From Epiperipatus broadwayi (Eukaryota > Animalia > Onychophora), in the NCBI GenBank assembly GCA_028023455.1, contig JAQFVV010000005.1, forward strand, positions 22,320,001-22,384,000: DNA of 64,000 nucleotides. Reading direction: 5' to 3'. Shown piece by piece: positions 12,607 through 26,583 of this stretch; position 1 is the stretch's first letter, and each line of letters starts with the position of its first letter. A model generated the notes under the pieces. That model was not told where the DNA came from. It saw only the letters and a program-made list of their open reading frames with translations, and searched no databases. Made by a program: the position numbers and the translations under genes.

Positions 12607-13035
12607 AATTGTATTTATATATTGGACTATTTCCATAATCTAGTATTGAGTATTGAATGTCTTTTAGAAAAATTTAACTTTATTTAAATTTTCAAAGTAC
12701 ATTCAACTGTTAATAATAGTACATAGGTCAGTATATACCCAATGTTTTGAGAGGTATTATTCTCTTCTCTTCTTTAGCTGTTAGTAGCCTGACCAGTAAC
12801 TAGCATGGGAATTGAACCTAGCTCTAAGGGTCTAGGTTCGATTTCCATGCTAGTACTGTCACTGGTCAGAAGAGAGGAGAATAATACCTCTTGAAACCTT
12901 GTGCATATACTAACCTGTGTGCTATTACTAACAGTTTAAGTATATTTTGAAAAATTAAATAAAGTTACATTTTTCTAAAGATATTCAATATTCAATACTA
13001 GGATGATGGAAATAGTCCAATATATAAATACAATT
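12607..13035. repeat. 429-bp fold-back with a tRNA T-arm-like motif at its apex
   Basis: aattgtatttatatattggactatttcc (left end) pairs with ggaaatagtccaatatataaatacaatt (right end); apex gaacctag-ctctaagggt-ctaggttcgatttcc. Confidence 0.85.
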
Positions 13036-13540
13036 AAAATACCATCATCACAATCCTTCAAGAAAATATTAAAACAGTTGTGTAGACAAGATATATATTA
13101 CTAAAATCCAATCTAAAGGAGCTAAACCTGATGCACTTCACCCATCAGACTAGAAATAATTAAATATACATTTTGAACTTTAATTAAAGATGAAAATATC
13201 TATTGTTATTAAGTATAATACTGACCTTTAATGAAAATTTAGTGAATATTTGTGCTAAAAATGATATGATAATTTCTAGCCTAATAAATGATTAGAATAA
13301 TCAAGAACATATTTATCTGTGGGCTGCTGACAGGAATTTCCTGTTAACTGAAAGGAGATGTTTTGATTCCTCTTGGAGGCCTTAAAGGAATCAAGCAGGG
13401 CAAATTCCTAATGTCCACTCCATACACCCTTGTTGTTGCAGCTGTTATTACTGTGATTATTCATATAGTATACAGACATAAATGGACTGCTCACCAACAT
13501 GCATCAGTCACCATGGTGAGTTTATTTCCTCTAAATTTAA

Positions 13541-16500
13541 GATCAAGAAACACCATGGTCTTTCTTCTCAGTTGCTTGATAAGGTAGAATGAATGCACGT
13601 GCGAATGAAAATTATTTTTTTTCTAAATATATATTTACAATCAAGACAGACACAAATAATTCATGGCCCTATTCCTAGGAGGCTGTAAAGTCACCAGCAG
13701 AGGCAGTGATTGGTGGCTGAAGGTAGAGAATTCTAAAAATCCCCTGATTGCAGACCTAGGTTGTTATTTTATGATGACTTTTTATTTAGGTACTTACAAC
13801 TGGAGATCACTTTCAAATGAAAGAAGATTGCAAGAATTGGAAGAACTGTCTCATATTAAATGGGACATTATTGGACTTTGTGAAGTTAGAAGAAAAGATG
13901 AAGAGACGATTGATTTAAAAAGTGGACATGTACTCTACTATAAAGGCACAAATATTGGAAATACAAGTGGAGTAGGATTCATTATAAATAAAAAGTGGAA
14001 GAACAACATTGTGGAGATTGATGGTGTATCGGACAGAGTGGCAAGATTAGTTATACAACTTAATAAGAGATACCAAATGCAGATAATTCAGGTTTATGCC
14101 CCAACAAGTTCTCATAGTGATGAAGTAGTAGAAGATTTTTATATGGATGTACAAAAGACTTTTGATCAGAGTAAACAACATTTTAAAATTGTTATGGAAG
14201 ACTTTAATGCTAGAATTGGTAAACAAATGAAAGATGAAAGTGCTGTAGGTAATTTTGGTTATGGTAATAGAAATGAGAGAGGACATAGACTTGTGGAGTT
14301 TGCAGAAAAAGAAAAACTTTATATTATGAATTCTTTTTTTTGAGAAAAATGTTAAAAGGAAATGGACATGGAAGCATCCAAATGAAGGTACAGCAGAATT
14401 GGATTATATTTTGACTAACAGAAAATACATATTTCAAGATTGTAATGTTCTTAATAAATTTAACACAGGAAGTGATCATCAATTAGTAAGATGTAAGATA
14501 CATGTTAATGCAAAACTAGAGAGACAAAAATTATTAAGAAAAACAATATTTACAGTTGATATTCCTAATCTTCAGAAACATTCTAATGAATTTAAATTAG
14601 AACTTGCAAATCATTTTCAAATATTAGCAGATTTTGAACATGATTCAGATTTGAATGAAATTAATAGGAAAATAACTGATATACTTTTAAAAACTGCAAC
14701 AAAGATAGCTGGTAGAAAAAAGCAGCAATTGACCAATAAAATTTCTACTGAGACTAGAGAATTTATGAAGAAAAGAAGGAATATGAAGATATATAAAAAT
14801 GATGCATTAAAAAGGATTGAATATCTCAAATTTTGTAAAATGGTGAAAAAAGAGTTGATAATGATATAAGAAAGTATAATTGTGAACTAGCAAGGAAAGC
14901 TATAGAAGAGAATAAAAGTCTCAAGAGTGTAAAACAACATTTTGGTATTGGTAGGAAATTTATATCTGCAATAAGAAAAAAAGATGAAACTATTACTAAA
15001 AAGAGAGATGACATCATGAAATGAGTAGAAAAGTTCTATCAAGAATTATATAGTAATAAAGAACAAGTATCTCCAACAACTATTATATCTTCTGAATTGC
15101 CCAGGATTTTAAATGAAGAAGTGAGACATGCAATTAAATTTATGAAGAAAGGAAAAGCTCCAGGTAATGATGGAATTATAATTGATATATTAAAAGAAGC
15201 AGGTGAAGAAATAGAATTTTTTTTAGCAAAGTTATATACCAAATGTCTAAATGATAAAGATGTACCAGATGATTGGAAGAATGCAGTATTAATATTAATA
15301 TTTAAAAAAGATGATAAAGATATTAGAAATTACAGACCTATCAGCCTTTTATCAGTTTTATACAAAATTTTTACCAAGATAATTACAACTCATCTACAGA
15401 GAACTTTGGATTTCAACCAACCAAAAGAACAAGCTGGATTTAAAAGTGGTTTTAGTACAATGGATCATATCCAAGTATTGAGAGAAGTTATAGAAAGGAC
15501 CAATGAATATGAGTTGCCATTATGCTTTGGATTTGTAGATTATGAAAAGGCATTTGATTCTATAAGCATTTCTTCAGTGATTAAAGCATTGGATCATCAA
15601 GGTATAGACCCAGGATATTGTCATATTCTGAAGAATATTTATAAAAATGCAATAGCAACAATTAGATTACATAATGATATTAGAAAGGTTAACATTGAGA
15701 AGTGTGTAAGACAGGGTGACTCCATATCTCCAAAACTTTTTACAGGAGTACTACAAGAAGTATTTTGTGGATTAAAATGGGAAGCTAAAAGAGTAAAAGT
15801 AAATGGAGATTATTTAAGTCATTTAGAGTTTGCAGATGTTTTTGAAAATAATATTTCAGAGTTTCAGGAAATGTTGCAGGAGTTATCAGATGAAAGTAAA
15901 AAAGTAGGACTAAAGGTAAATGTTAAAAAGACTAAAGTAATGTTCAATGGATTTTCTCAAAAGATAAAAATAAAGATTGATTATGATGAGTTAGAAGAAG
16001 TTAACAACTACAAATACCTTGGTCAGATTATTACTACAGATGGAAACATAATGGATGAAATTAATCATAGAATTAAACTTGATTGGAGTGCTTTTGGTAG
16101 AAATAACTTGATATTAAAAGGAAATATGCCTATGTGTTTGAAAAGGAAGGTTTTTAATAAATGTGTTTTACCAGTTCTTACTTATGGATCTGAGACTTGG
16201 ACACTTAATAGAAGAGCAATACAGAGACTTCAGACTACTCAAAGAAGTATGGAGAGATGCATGTTAGGAGTAACTAATAGAGATTAAAAATGCAATGTAC
16301 ATGGGTAAGAGAACAAACAGGTGTAACTGACATCATTGAAAGGATTAAAAGACTGAAGTGGAGTTGGGCTCAACATATTTCTAAAAGAGATGATAATAGA
16401 TGGGCAATAGAAATATTAAACTGGATTTAAGAAGATTGTAAAAAATCTAGAAAGAGACCACCTGAGATGGATGGATGAAATAAGAAATTATATAGGGATG

Positions 16501-16597
16501 ATGTGGAGAAGAGAGGCTAGAGATCAGAGAAGATTGATTGAACTTGGAGAAACCTTTATCCTACAGTAGACTTATAATGGTTAATGATGATGATGAT
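13541..16597 (+). mobile_element. RTE-clade LINE, near full length but inactivated (APE endonuclease and RT)
   Basis: ORF pieces 13663..14343 (LGTYNWRSL, WDIIGLCEVR, QVYAPTS), 14399..14869 (DYILT, SDH) and 15097..16287 (KAPGNDG, RNYRPISLL, QAGFKSG, VDYEKAFD, RQGDSISP, damaged FADV); (GAT)n tail at 16585-16597; several stops and frameshifts; 5' boundary approximate. Confidence 0.93.
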
Positions 16598-18387
16598 TTA
16601 TCTAGGGAGGATAGTATTATAATTGTGAGTGCAGAAAAAGTTGACAACTTTGGAGTAGATTGTAATAATTTGACAGTTATTAGTTGACATATGAAAAAAT
16701 GCATCCTGGAACATTGAAGAGTGCTGATTCAGTATGAAATGCATCAAAGTCATTTACTTTTTTTAGATATTTTTATTTATGCAATTACAATATATATGGC
16801 CAAAATAAAAAGTTATGTGTACATATATGTATGTGTGTGGTGATTCTGATAACTAACTTCAATTACTTAAAATATCAAAAATTATTGTAGTTACTTTGAG
16901 AGTGATTAAATCCTCATACAAGCTTTTGTAAAAAAGAACTTAATACAGTAGTATTGTCAGACAGCAAAAAGAAAATTTAATTCTGAGATCATAATTAATA
17001 TTTTTACATAAATGAGGTTAAGCAAAATAATATAATTTAGTAAAATAACATGATTTTGTCATTATCATTAGCAGCTTCTCATAAATAAATATGGCAGCCA
17101 ATATGACTTCAGAAGAAGAAAAAAGTAGACAAAGAATAAAAATTTGAAATACAGAGAATAAAAAAAAAAATTTGGAGTCAGACTTGCAGTGCATACAATT
17201 CAAAGATGGAATTGCACAAACATACAATCCTACTGTTGCAGTTCATGTAGAGAGGTAATCAATGATATCAGAAGTTCATGATGATTGATTTTTGTACTAA
17301 CTTAAAGACAAAGATATGGAATCTACTTTATCAAAAAATATTTGAAAACATTTATTAAATAAATAAAAAATATAGAAAAAGGGACTCTAAATAATAGGTT
17401 TTTTAATACTTAAACTGTTTTTTTTTTTTGCCTTTCTAAGACGATTGTCTCTTAACTTGAAGATAAAAACAGCAATTTCCCTTTTTTTGAGAAAGTTGAT
17501 TCACCAAAAACGTTACAAAAAATAACTATCTTATAAATGATTGAAAATGAAGGATTAAATACTTAGATATTGTGTGCCTTGTTTAGATCAGATCTTAAGT
17601 TTTATTTTTAAACTAGTGAAAATTTAGATATTTTCTCACTTGAATCTGCTGTACAATATTTATGATAAACACGCCCAAGAGTAAAAAATTATACAATTGA
17701 TATAAAATTGATATTAAAATATATAAAAAGTGACTTGATTCCAACTCTATATAACTGCATGAATGAGTTAGTTTGAATTCAAAACTTTAAGATTATTTTG
17801 AATTTCAGCCACTAGCATAAATAATATAAAAAAATAAGGTAGTTTCTAGATGCATAAGTGTATTAATATCAGCCTTGAATCCTAAGTCCTCATCGGTAAA
17901 GATAAAAACCTTATGAGCTAAGAGTCCTAGCATTAATTCATAGCTAAGTAAGAGATTGAATGCTTGAAAGCCTTATACAGTTACTTCAATGGTAAAATGC
18001 TGGACTAAAAAGCTAAGAACTTTAAATCAATTCTCACATGAATAAAGTAAATTTTAAAAAAAATCTCAGTTCATTGTAGTAAATAAAACTGCTCAACTCA
18101 CCACTAGATGTCCTCAAACATCATATGATCTTTTGAACTTCTAATCTGACAATTAGTGTGATTACTTCAGATATCTTTTTTGTATATATGTTTATTTTCA
18201 AGTGTATTTGAAGAAGCCAGTCTTATATAGATTTATTTTTAAATAAATTAGAAGTGACTTCATGAAGCTATTTTACAGATTTCTTATAAACGTGAAGATT
18301 GCATTTATAAGTTAAAATGCTTAACCAATGCAAATGTAGACATGTAAATCAATTATTAAATATTGAATTTTATTTGTTTTTTTTCAG

Positions 18388-18513
18388 CTGTTGATCAGTG
18401 CAAAAAAGGAGGAATTTGTGCATCAACTGCCAAATGTGTGAGTTTTCCTGGAGGTTTTAATTGTGTTTGTCCACCTGGCACCACAGGCGATCCTTATAAT
18501 GAAGGATGTAAAG
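18388..18513 (+). CDS. EGF exon: PVDQCKKGGICASTAKCVSFPGGFNCVCPPGTTGDPYNEGCK
   Basis: ttttttttcag acceptor, gtgaga donor at 18514; 126 nt; lies inside track ORF 18363..18596. Confidence 0.92.
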
Positions 18514-19879
18514 GTGAGATTTTTAAAATTATTAGTTTGTATTTTTTTTTTATTTATAAAATCTTGAGTACTAAAGCAAAAGTGTCTGTCTATTAGTTTT
18601 AAACAAAATCAGATACATGCTAATCACAATAAATTCCTATTATAATTTTAATGTTGACATTTTGGAATTTTCAAAATATTAACGCATAAATAAGTAAATA
18701 ACAGCTATAGCTGATTGCCATCACCAGCAGCTACTGGGGATGGAAGTCATTCTGTAAAGTAGCTATAGCATTTATTTATTTATTTATAACTTTGGGATAA
18801 TGAATTGTATTAACGCATCAATAAAAATATTAGCAAAATTTAGACAAATAGACTTTCTCAAGTGAAAACTATAAACAATAAATATATATATACACACACA
18901 CACAGAAAAAAACTACTCACAATTTAAAAGCAATTTTCAATCATCCTTAATAATAAAGAAAGTTCTCATAAGATTGATGACTTCAGATCCAAAATGAATA
19001 ATCAAGCGTTACTTTTGATATTTCTTTTTTTGTTAATTTCATTACTTTCATAAAACACAATCTTTACACTAGTAAACAATATTTTATGAACAGTATTCAT
19101 GAATGTATGAGGTCAAACTAAGGTGCCTATTTTTAACTATATATATATAAATCTATTAATTTGATCACTATAAAATATAAAAAATAAATCTAGTTATTAA
19201 AAAGATTATATAATACTACTACTAATAACTAAATGTACAGTACTATATATTATAAATAATAATATTTCATTGTAAAGGAAATTAAAGTGGAGGTTGCTGT
19301 AAATGCTCAGCGAGCTATGTATAAACTAATAGTAACCATCAATAAATAAAAAAGTATAGCATGGATCCATCTTTATTGTAGCTCAGATCGTATTTAAGCA
19401 TTCAACATATCAATAAACAGAATATTTACATTTAATTCAAGCTAAAGTACAGATAGGTACATTCTTAATCTTTTTGTTTATTGACAAGTTTATATTAATT
19501 TACACTTAACTCACTGGGGTTATATGTATATAAAGATAGTAAATTCTCAATATATCTTATTTTAATGGACTAAACAAATAAATAATAAGTATGAAAAAAG
19601 ATAGGAAACTTATTAAAAATTATGGATAAGATCAATTTAGTATTTGCTCACTGAAATGCATATAATATACAATTCATGTCTTATGTTTCAAAACATCATA
19701 TAAATTTTAATATTTCATTAATTATAAAAGTTTAAATATTCAGATTAATATTAATTATAGTGATTACTATATATGTATTTTTTATAATATATTTTTTATA
19801 TATTTTTGACATTTGTTTAATGTATTTGAGGTTTAATCAATTTGAAGTTATTTAAGACAGTTAAAGTATTATCTGATCA

Positions 19880-20150
19880 GAAAATGAATAAAGTGATTAT
19901 GGGTGGAACAATTTTTGACAATAAACTCTTAAATTTTTTAGAATAAAAAATTGAAAAGAATTTTATTAAAAATAAAATCATAAAAATGATTTGGGAAAAT
20001 TGTAAAATTATTTTTTATCAACACTTGTAATTCTTTTCAAGCAATGAAAGAAGCTCGGAAGAAGATTGTTGGACATTCGAAACTGTCAGTGTGGAACAAA
20101 GTATTGCATTTGCTTTGTGTGAAGAGGATAGAAGAATGTGTTATTATTGT
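19880..20150 (+). mobile_element. Possible piggyBac transposase C-terminal remnant
   Basis: NKVIMGGTIFDNKL resembles YNxxMGGVDxxD; followed by Cys-rich broken frames. Confidence 0.3.
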
Positions 20151-20999
20151 TTATTTATATTAGTTTTAATTTATTATTACAATTAGAATTTATAAAAATT
20201 TAAGTTCCCGAACACTATTTAATAATGAACAAGATATTACAAATATGCTCACGTATATATTTATTTATGGTAATAGCATTTATAAGTCATGTCAATTAAA
20301 AAATATCCATGAGGAAAAACATTGAGTTAAGACCATGACATATCACTAATAGATGCAGAAATACAATAGTTCAAAAAATGATGTATCCAATAAAAAAAAA
20401 AAGTTTCTATGGAGCTAATTTCAGAGTTATAGAAAGATGATGAAAAATACATGCATAATAGTGGATCAAAATTCATCATATATATATATATATATATACA
20501 ATAATTAAAGATAATATTGATATTAAGTACTCAGAGATAATATTGAAAATACTAAATACACCTTTAATACTTGTTCAATGCTGAACTTTTTTATCAAATG
20601 CAGCTGTTATATGTAATGTATTGATAATGAAGTCTGTTTTACCTTAGTTCAAAATTTTATATACACATTTTACTGAATTTATTTTATAAAATAAATTATT
20701 CTTTACTTTTAAGTTATGAAAATAAAGTTTTGTTATCAGATATATGCCATTAGAGAAATTCTTTACATATACATTACCCTTCTTCAAATTTTTATTTTTG
20801 AAATTTTCATAAATACTCTTTTTTTTTTAAATCATACTATCTGTTTTTGCTATTTTTCTTTTCTTGCTTCAATATATATTTCTCTATCTAAGATATTCTT
20901 GCCTTAAAATATTTTATTGAATTTCTTCCCTAATATTCTTTTATTTTTTCATTCATCTTAACCAATTCACTTACATTAATTATAACTTTACTTTCTTAT

Positions 21000-22320
21000 T
21001 CAGTAAATCAATTAACTCCTTTTATAATTACTTTTGCCATGTTCAAATTTTAATAATTAACATGATGTTTCAATTGTTCAAAAAACTTGTTCAAAGTCCT
21101 AAACAAAAAATTATGTATTGTGTTATTTATAAAATTACTTAATTTTTATAAAAATCTATCCTTATTATTTACATATTTTTATGTATTTGGTAGATTATAT
21201 ATGTTAGTAGACAACATCTAATTATATTTTTATTTATGTATATTCTTTAATTATTATATTTTAAACACACAATCATCAGCAGTAGCAGCAACAACTATCC
21301 GCAAACAAATATGGCTATTTCAACTCCACCAGAGAAAAAAGTGAAACAACATAAGAAATAAGAAATATACTCTAGAGATGAGTTTTACAACGCTTATGCA
21401 AACCGACATGAAACACATATATGTTCACATACTGAATATTCTTCCTTATTATCACGTGATCACCAAATCTTATGCTTGCTCATAACCTTTATTAAAACAG
21501 GCAAAACTTTCCATACAGTAATGCACCTCAGTGCAAGCAGAATAATCAATGGATGCCAGAAGGATTGTGCATAAAATCCCTATCTAGTGCCTACTCATCC
21601 AATATCCTGAGATTAGTTTCTAGCTTGTGGCTTTCATCAGTGAGGAGCTTGGATCTGAGAGCACTGCACCTAGATCTTAGCACTGCACCTAGATCTTAGG
21701 ATCCTAAGATTTAGATGCAGTGCTCTCAGATACAAGGCTCCTCAGTGATGAAAGCCATAAGCTAGAAACTAGTCTGGGGATATTGGATGAGTAGGCACTA
21801 GATAGGGATTTTATGCAAACCTTCTGGCATCCATTGATTATTCTGACTTGCACTGAGTGGCACTACAGTATGGAGAGTTTTGCTTGTTTTAATCCTTCAT
21901 TATTCTGGTATTAGATATTTTGTGATGCTGTCTTTTAATTTCTTCTGCAAAAACTTTTATTTAAACAGCAATACATATAGAGAGTTTTGCCTGTTTTAAT
22001 AACAGTTTTGAGCAAGCATAAGAAATGGTAATCATGTGATGTTTATTGGCTTAAAACTTTTATTTCTGAAATAATATAATACCTTGTCTAATTGTAGCCC
22101 TCTAATATATTCTATTTTCCGCATATTGAGGTATACTATATAATATTCATATAGATATGTAAATAATAAGTTTATGTAAGATGAAATAATATTTTACAAA
22201 CACCATGTATAATTTTTTGTTTAGATCTTTGAAAATTGCTTAACAATCAAGGTGTCCAATTAATTAATAAAATTTGACATTGCAATAAATAAGTGTAAAA
22301 GAGGTTGATTTTTAAATATT
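21000..22320. repeat. Older diverged inverted repeat (~21000-21200 vs ~22130-22320) enclosing the family B palindrome
   Basis: aagtcctaaacaaaaaattatgtattg pairs with catgtataattttttgtttagatcttt; ccatgttcaaattttaataattaa pairs with aattaattaataaaatttgacattg. Confidence 0.6.
21451..22040. mobile_element. Repeat family B, complete palindromic MITE-like element with a loopless apex
   Basis: Arms ~21490-21701 and ~21702-21893 pair along their length; apex atcttaggatcctaagat; termini atcacgtgatcacc and ggtaatcatgtgat; 19-bp tandem duplication gcactgcacctagatctta. Confidence 0.88.
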
Positions 22321-22700
22321 GTGTTTGATATGCAATATTAATTGAATAGAATAGCTCTATTAATATCTTTATCTGTCTTTTTCTTAAAATCACAGCTTAA
22401 GAACCTCAATTTTTTAAATTTTATTTCATTTTCTGATAAATGAAGTTTGAGCTCTTTATGAAAATGCTACTTAGTTAATCAATTTACATGATTTAATTCC
22501 AAAATTAAATATTCTCAAACCAATCTCATGTGCATATTATCTAGTCATTCCATTTCTGAGCAGAATCCCCCCACCCCACACATACTAACACTTGTTTGAA
22601 CTTTATTTTTTTCCTATTTTCTTTGATATATAAAAGCATAAGCCTTTTTATGGATTTTTTGCCTGCTATTAACCACTTCCAAATATCACTTTTTTTACAG

Positions 22701-22820
22701 CTCTTGATTGCAGTATTGTTCATTGTCCTCTTAATAGTAACTGCATTTTGGATGGAGGTATCGCCAAATGTGTTTGCCCTCCAGGGTATCAGGGAAACGC
22801 TCTCACCACAGGCTGTTACA
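22701..22820 (+). CDS. EGF exon: ALDCSIVHCPLNSNCILDGGIAKCVCPPGYQGNALTTGCY
   Basis: cttttttttacag acceptor, gtaagt donor at 22821; 120 nt; 6 Cys; different frame from track ORF 22596..22904. Confidence 0.92.
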
Positions 22821-23111
22821 GTAAGTAAAAAATATTTGGTTGAAAATAGAAAACTGAGCAAAAGTTTTATACTATTTAGAAATTACATAATTAGTTTAAC
22901 ATAAAACTCAATATTTATTTTAAAAAATAAATTCTATTTGGGAAAACTATAAGAAAGATGCAAATGGAAATAAAATGTTTGTGTGATATGTAATTTGTAT
23001 TATTTGTAATATTCAAATGCATACCTTCTTTTTTAATTAGTAAATTTTCATTAATATTTAAAATTTTATGACATTGGCAATGGATAATAATTTAATTTTA
23101 AATATTTTCAG

Positions 23112-23231
23112 AAATCTCCCGTTGTCCAGTGCCCTGCCCTTCCAACAGTTTTTGCCAACAACATAAGAATTGTGCAATTTGTGTCTGCAATCCAGGTTTC
23201 ATTGGAGATCCATTCAGAACTGGTTGTCGTG
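23112..23231 (+). CDS. EGF exon with a seventh Cys: KISRCPVPCPSNSFCQQHKNCAICVCNPGFIGDPFRTGCR
   Basis: atattttcag acceptor, gtaact donor at 23232; 120 nt. Confidence 0.9.
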
Positions 23232-24599
23232 GTAACTAATAATTTTTATTTTATGTATGTAATGATACTTTTTATAATTACTTTGAAGTTTATAAAAAAT
23301 ACATCAATAAGAGTTTGGTATATTAATATTAGTTTTCATTTAAAATTTAATCAATTATGTGATTAATACATTAGAGCGCTATATCATAATATCATGTATG
23401 ATAATATTTAAGTGCTCTCTATTAGCTCATTATAAAAATGAATTAAGATGTGGTACATATCAGGATAGCATCCAACAGGTTAGAAAAACATAAATGAAAA
23501 ATCACAAGATGAAAATTTGAGTATTAAAAAAATAATAAAACAGTAAATAATATTAATAAAATTTCAAAAATTATTTGCTGTTCAAAATGATAATGATATG
23601 AGTATCTTTCTGTTATTCAGTCATTCAAATAGCACTGCTTTAAACTCTATAGGTATCCTTTGATGTATTTATCAGGTATTAGGTTTCCAATAATAAAATA
23701 ACTATGACAAAATCATAAAGATGTGCATAAATTAAATTTTTTATTACATATTTTTAAATATTACAAAGTTATTAATAATGTATTAAATAATAAAATAATC
23801 TTTATTCACATGTTTACTTGACTGCAGATCTAAAGTAAGGAGGGATCAAATATTTGTGAATTCTAACTATAGATTATAAAATAATTTAAGATTTGCTGCA
23901 AAAATGATAGTGATGTTGTATATTAAGCAGTTGTCTATTTATTAATATATTGTTGTGGAATATTTTTGGTGTTTTAACCAAGGCAATTGACTTAGATTTG
24001 AAAATGTAAACCAGCTTTTAAATAGTTCATTGTAGGATAAAAACCTTTCCAATGTCTTTAAAAGTATTGACTAGCTTTTTAATTGTAAGATGATGAAAAT
24101 TTGAGAAGTTTTCCATCTTTGTTTCCTCTTCTAGCTAAGAATATCTAGATTCCCATTTATCAGTCTATATTAAATGCTTAATTGATGTGTCTATGGTATA
24201 TCTACTAAAAAAAAAAAAAATCCTCAGCTTGATAAATGAATTTTCAAATTTATTCAGCCTAGATTCAAATCCAGGTTGTACAAATATTTGTTGCTTCATA
24301 TCTTTATTCATCAGCTTATTAAATCAAAAGATTTATAATATAACAATATATCTTATTAAATAATCACAAACTTCTTACACCTTTAAGCAAATAATATTTA
24401 TTAATATAATAACGGTTTCGACTGTTCCGCAGTCTTCTTCAGATCTCAATCTATTTCTCTACATTTATAAGAAATTAAAAATCCATTTAGTTGAATGTTT
24501 TTTATTGTCTATAAAATGTTGTAATTTAATAAGTATTTAATCCAAAACTTTTAATGATATTTTGATTTAAAATTTATATAATGAGAAGAATGTGACAAT

Positions 24600-24860
24600 A
24601 TATATAAATCTATGACCTGGGAACAAATTGGAGCAAATACACTTGTAATTCATTTAAAAGGCCTGGATTTAAGTATGTAGCAGAAACTTAAATGATGAAA
24701 AAAAAATCAAAAGTTTTCAAGATATGGATTTAGAGGATAATAAAAAAGTTAAGCTGGAAGGAAGTTAGAAGTATAGATATTTTGAAAAGAATAAATAAAA
24801 ATGCTTGTTGAAGAAATTAAGAAATGGAAGAGAAATTGAATTTGATATGTATTTGAAGTA
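24600..24860 (+). mobile_element. Decayed RTE-like LINE C-terminal remnant
   Basis: RIIKKLSWKEVRSIDILKRINK resembles the RTE RRMLxISWxxKVxNxEVLxR motif. Confidence 0.4.
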
Positions 24861-25990
24861 AAAAAAATTATATCAACTAAACATTATGACTTATTAATAA
24901 TTGTTATTAATCATTCATTAGACTAGAGATTATCCACTTAATGAATAATATTTTTGTAGTGTAATTTTCACTCCACAAGATGTTAAAAGCAGATAGAAAC
25001 CAGTTCCTACCTTTGCATGAGAGGTGTAAAATTACACTACAGAAATATTATTCATTGTGACTTATTGTTTTATATGGTTTTGGATAGTTATATTTATTCA
25101 AAACCAGCAATTGTAATCTTTAGTAATGAAATGACATTAGATGATATTGCTATTCTATATACTTCTGAACCAGTTTAGGGTCGTAAGTCAGAAACTAGTT
25201 TAAGGATAGGGGATATGACAGCAGTACAATCTAGTGTTCATTGATTAATCTTACAATATGTGGATCTTGAATAGAGCAAAGAGAATTGTTCCTGAAAGAG
25301 AATTTTATAAAGAATTAATCATATAGGTTGATGGAGACAGAAAGGAGAAAGAGAATAGGGGGAAAAAGTTGATATATGATCATAACAATTAGATGTCAAA
25401 TCAAAAAGCTGAAAATGAGAAACAAGAAAGGCTGAGAAAAGATTGTCTGGAATGGTACATTTCTTGACAGGAAATGGTAGTGATATATTTAAATATTTGT
25501 TATAAGATGCTGTTATTTGCTTTTATCTTATTACAGTGTACAGAACTTTGGCCAATGAAATTTAATCAAAAGTCAAAAGAGTGTTTATTGATCCATCTTA
25601 ATTGGAAATGGAATCTGTGGATAGTAAGAAATGTTTAACTAAACAACTTTACCAGATCCATTTGATGAGTGAGTGTCTCATTTACATTTCTACTATTGAC
25701 AAATTCTTAGAGGACACACTGTTATGTAGAGCTTAAATACAGAATTGAGAGGGTAGGCTATTTATTTTCTTTGTTATATATATATATGGTTTTGCATTGA
25801 AAATTGATGGTATTTCTATGTTTGAATGCATAAAGAATCTGTTTTAAGTTATATTACCATCATATGACCACTATTTACATATGCTTTCAGGATCATATTT
25901 TTTCAGTATATTCTAGAATTATCTACTTGAGGAATTAATAGATACTAGATTATAAGCAATTCAAAACATTAAGTACTTTTGAATAGTGTG

Positions 25991-26042
<52 letters not shown>
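25991..26042. repeat. (TAA)n microsatellite, about 17 units
   Basis: Uninterrupted ataataataa run. Confidence 0.95.
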
Positions 26043-26044
<2 letters not shown>

Positions 26045-26454
26045 GAGCACAATGCTGAATGAGAAATGTTTTAAATTCAGGAAAATCAAATATCTTATAT
26101 CTGAGCTCCTCAATGAAAATATAGAAACTAGCCTGGGAATGAAGAGTCCTAGATATCCATATAAGAATCAGCTAGATGGCTCTGGAATAAAGTTGGGGCA
26201 ATTGCTCTTAGATTGTTTTATTTCGCTACTTTCGGATCTCAAAAAAAATTTGTGAGAACTCATAATTACATTTTGAACTATTGAAAATAATTTCAGTATA
26301 GTGTATTAAGAGAAGTGAACTAATTAACATTAGCATATAACTCATTAACACAAGTATATAATTTAATTTTTCATCAAGTGTTATACATAGTTTGATTTTT
26401 TCTTTATAAATTTTGGCATTTTTGTAATTTTTATATTTATAATTTGAATTTTAG

Positions 26455-26583
26455 TACCTCAGATGCCTTTGCCATGTGATAATCCTGAATTTTGTGGACC
26501 CAATTCAGAATGTCTGATGATTTCTGCTAGGCAACAATGCAGCTGTTTACCTGGATTCAAGGGTAGACCACCACACTGTGGAA
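26455..26583 (+). CDS. EGF exon: VPQMPLPCDNPEFCGPNSECLMISARQQCSCLPGFKGRPPHCG
   Basis: gaattttag acceptor, gtaagt donor at 26584; 129 nt; 6 Cys. Confidence 0.92.
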
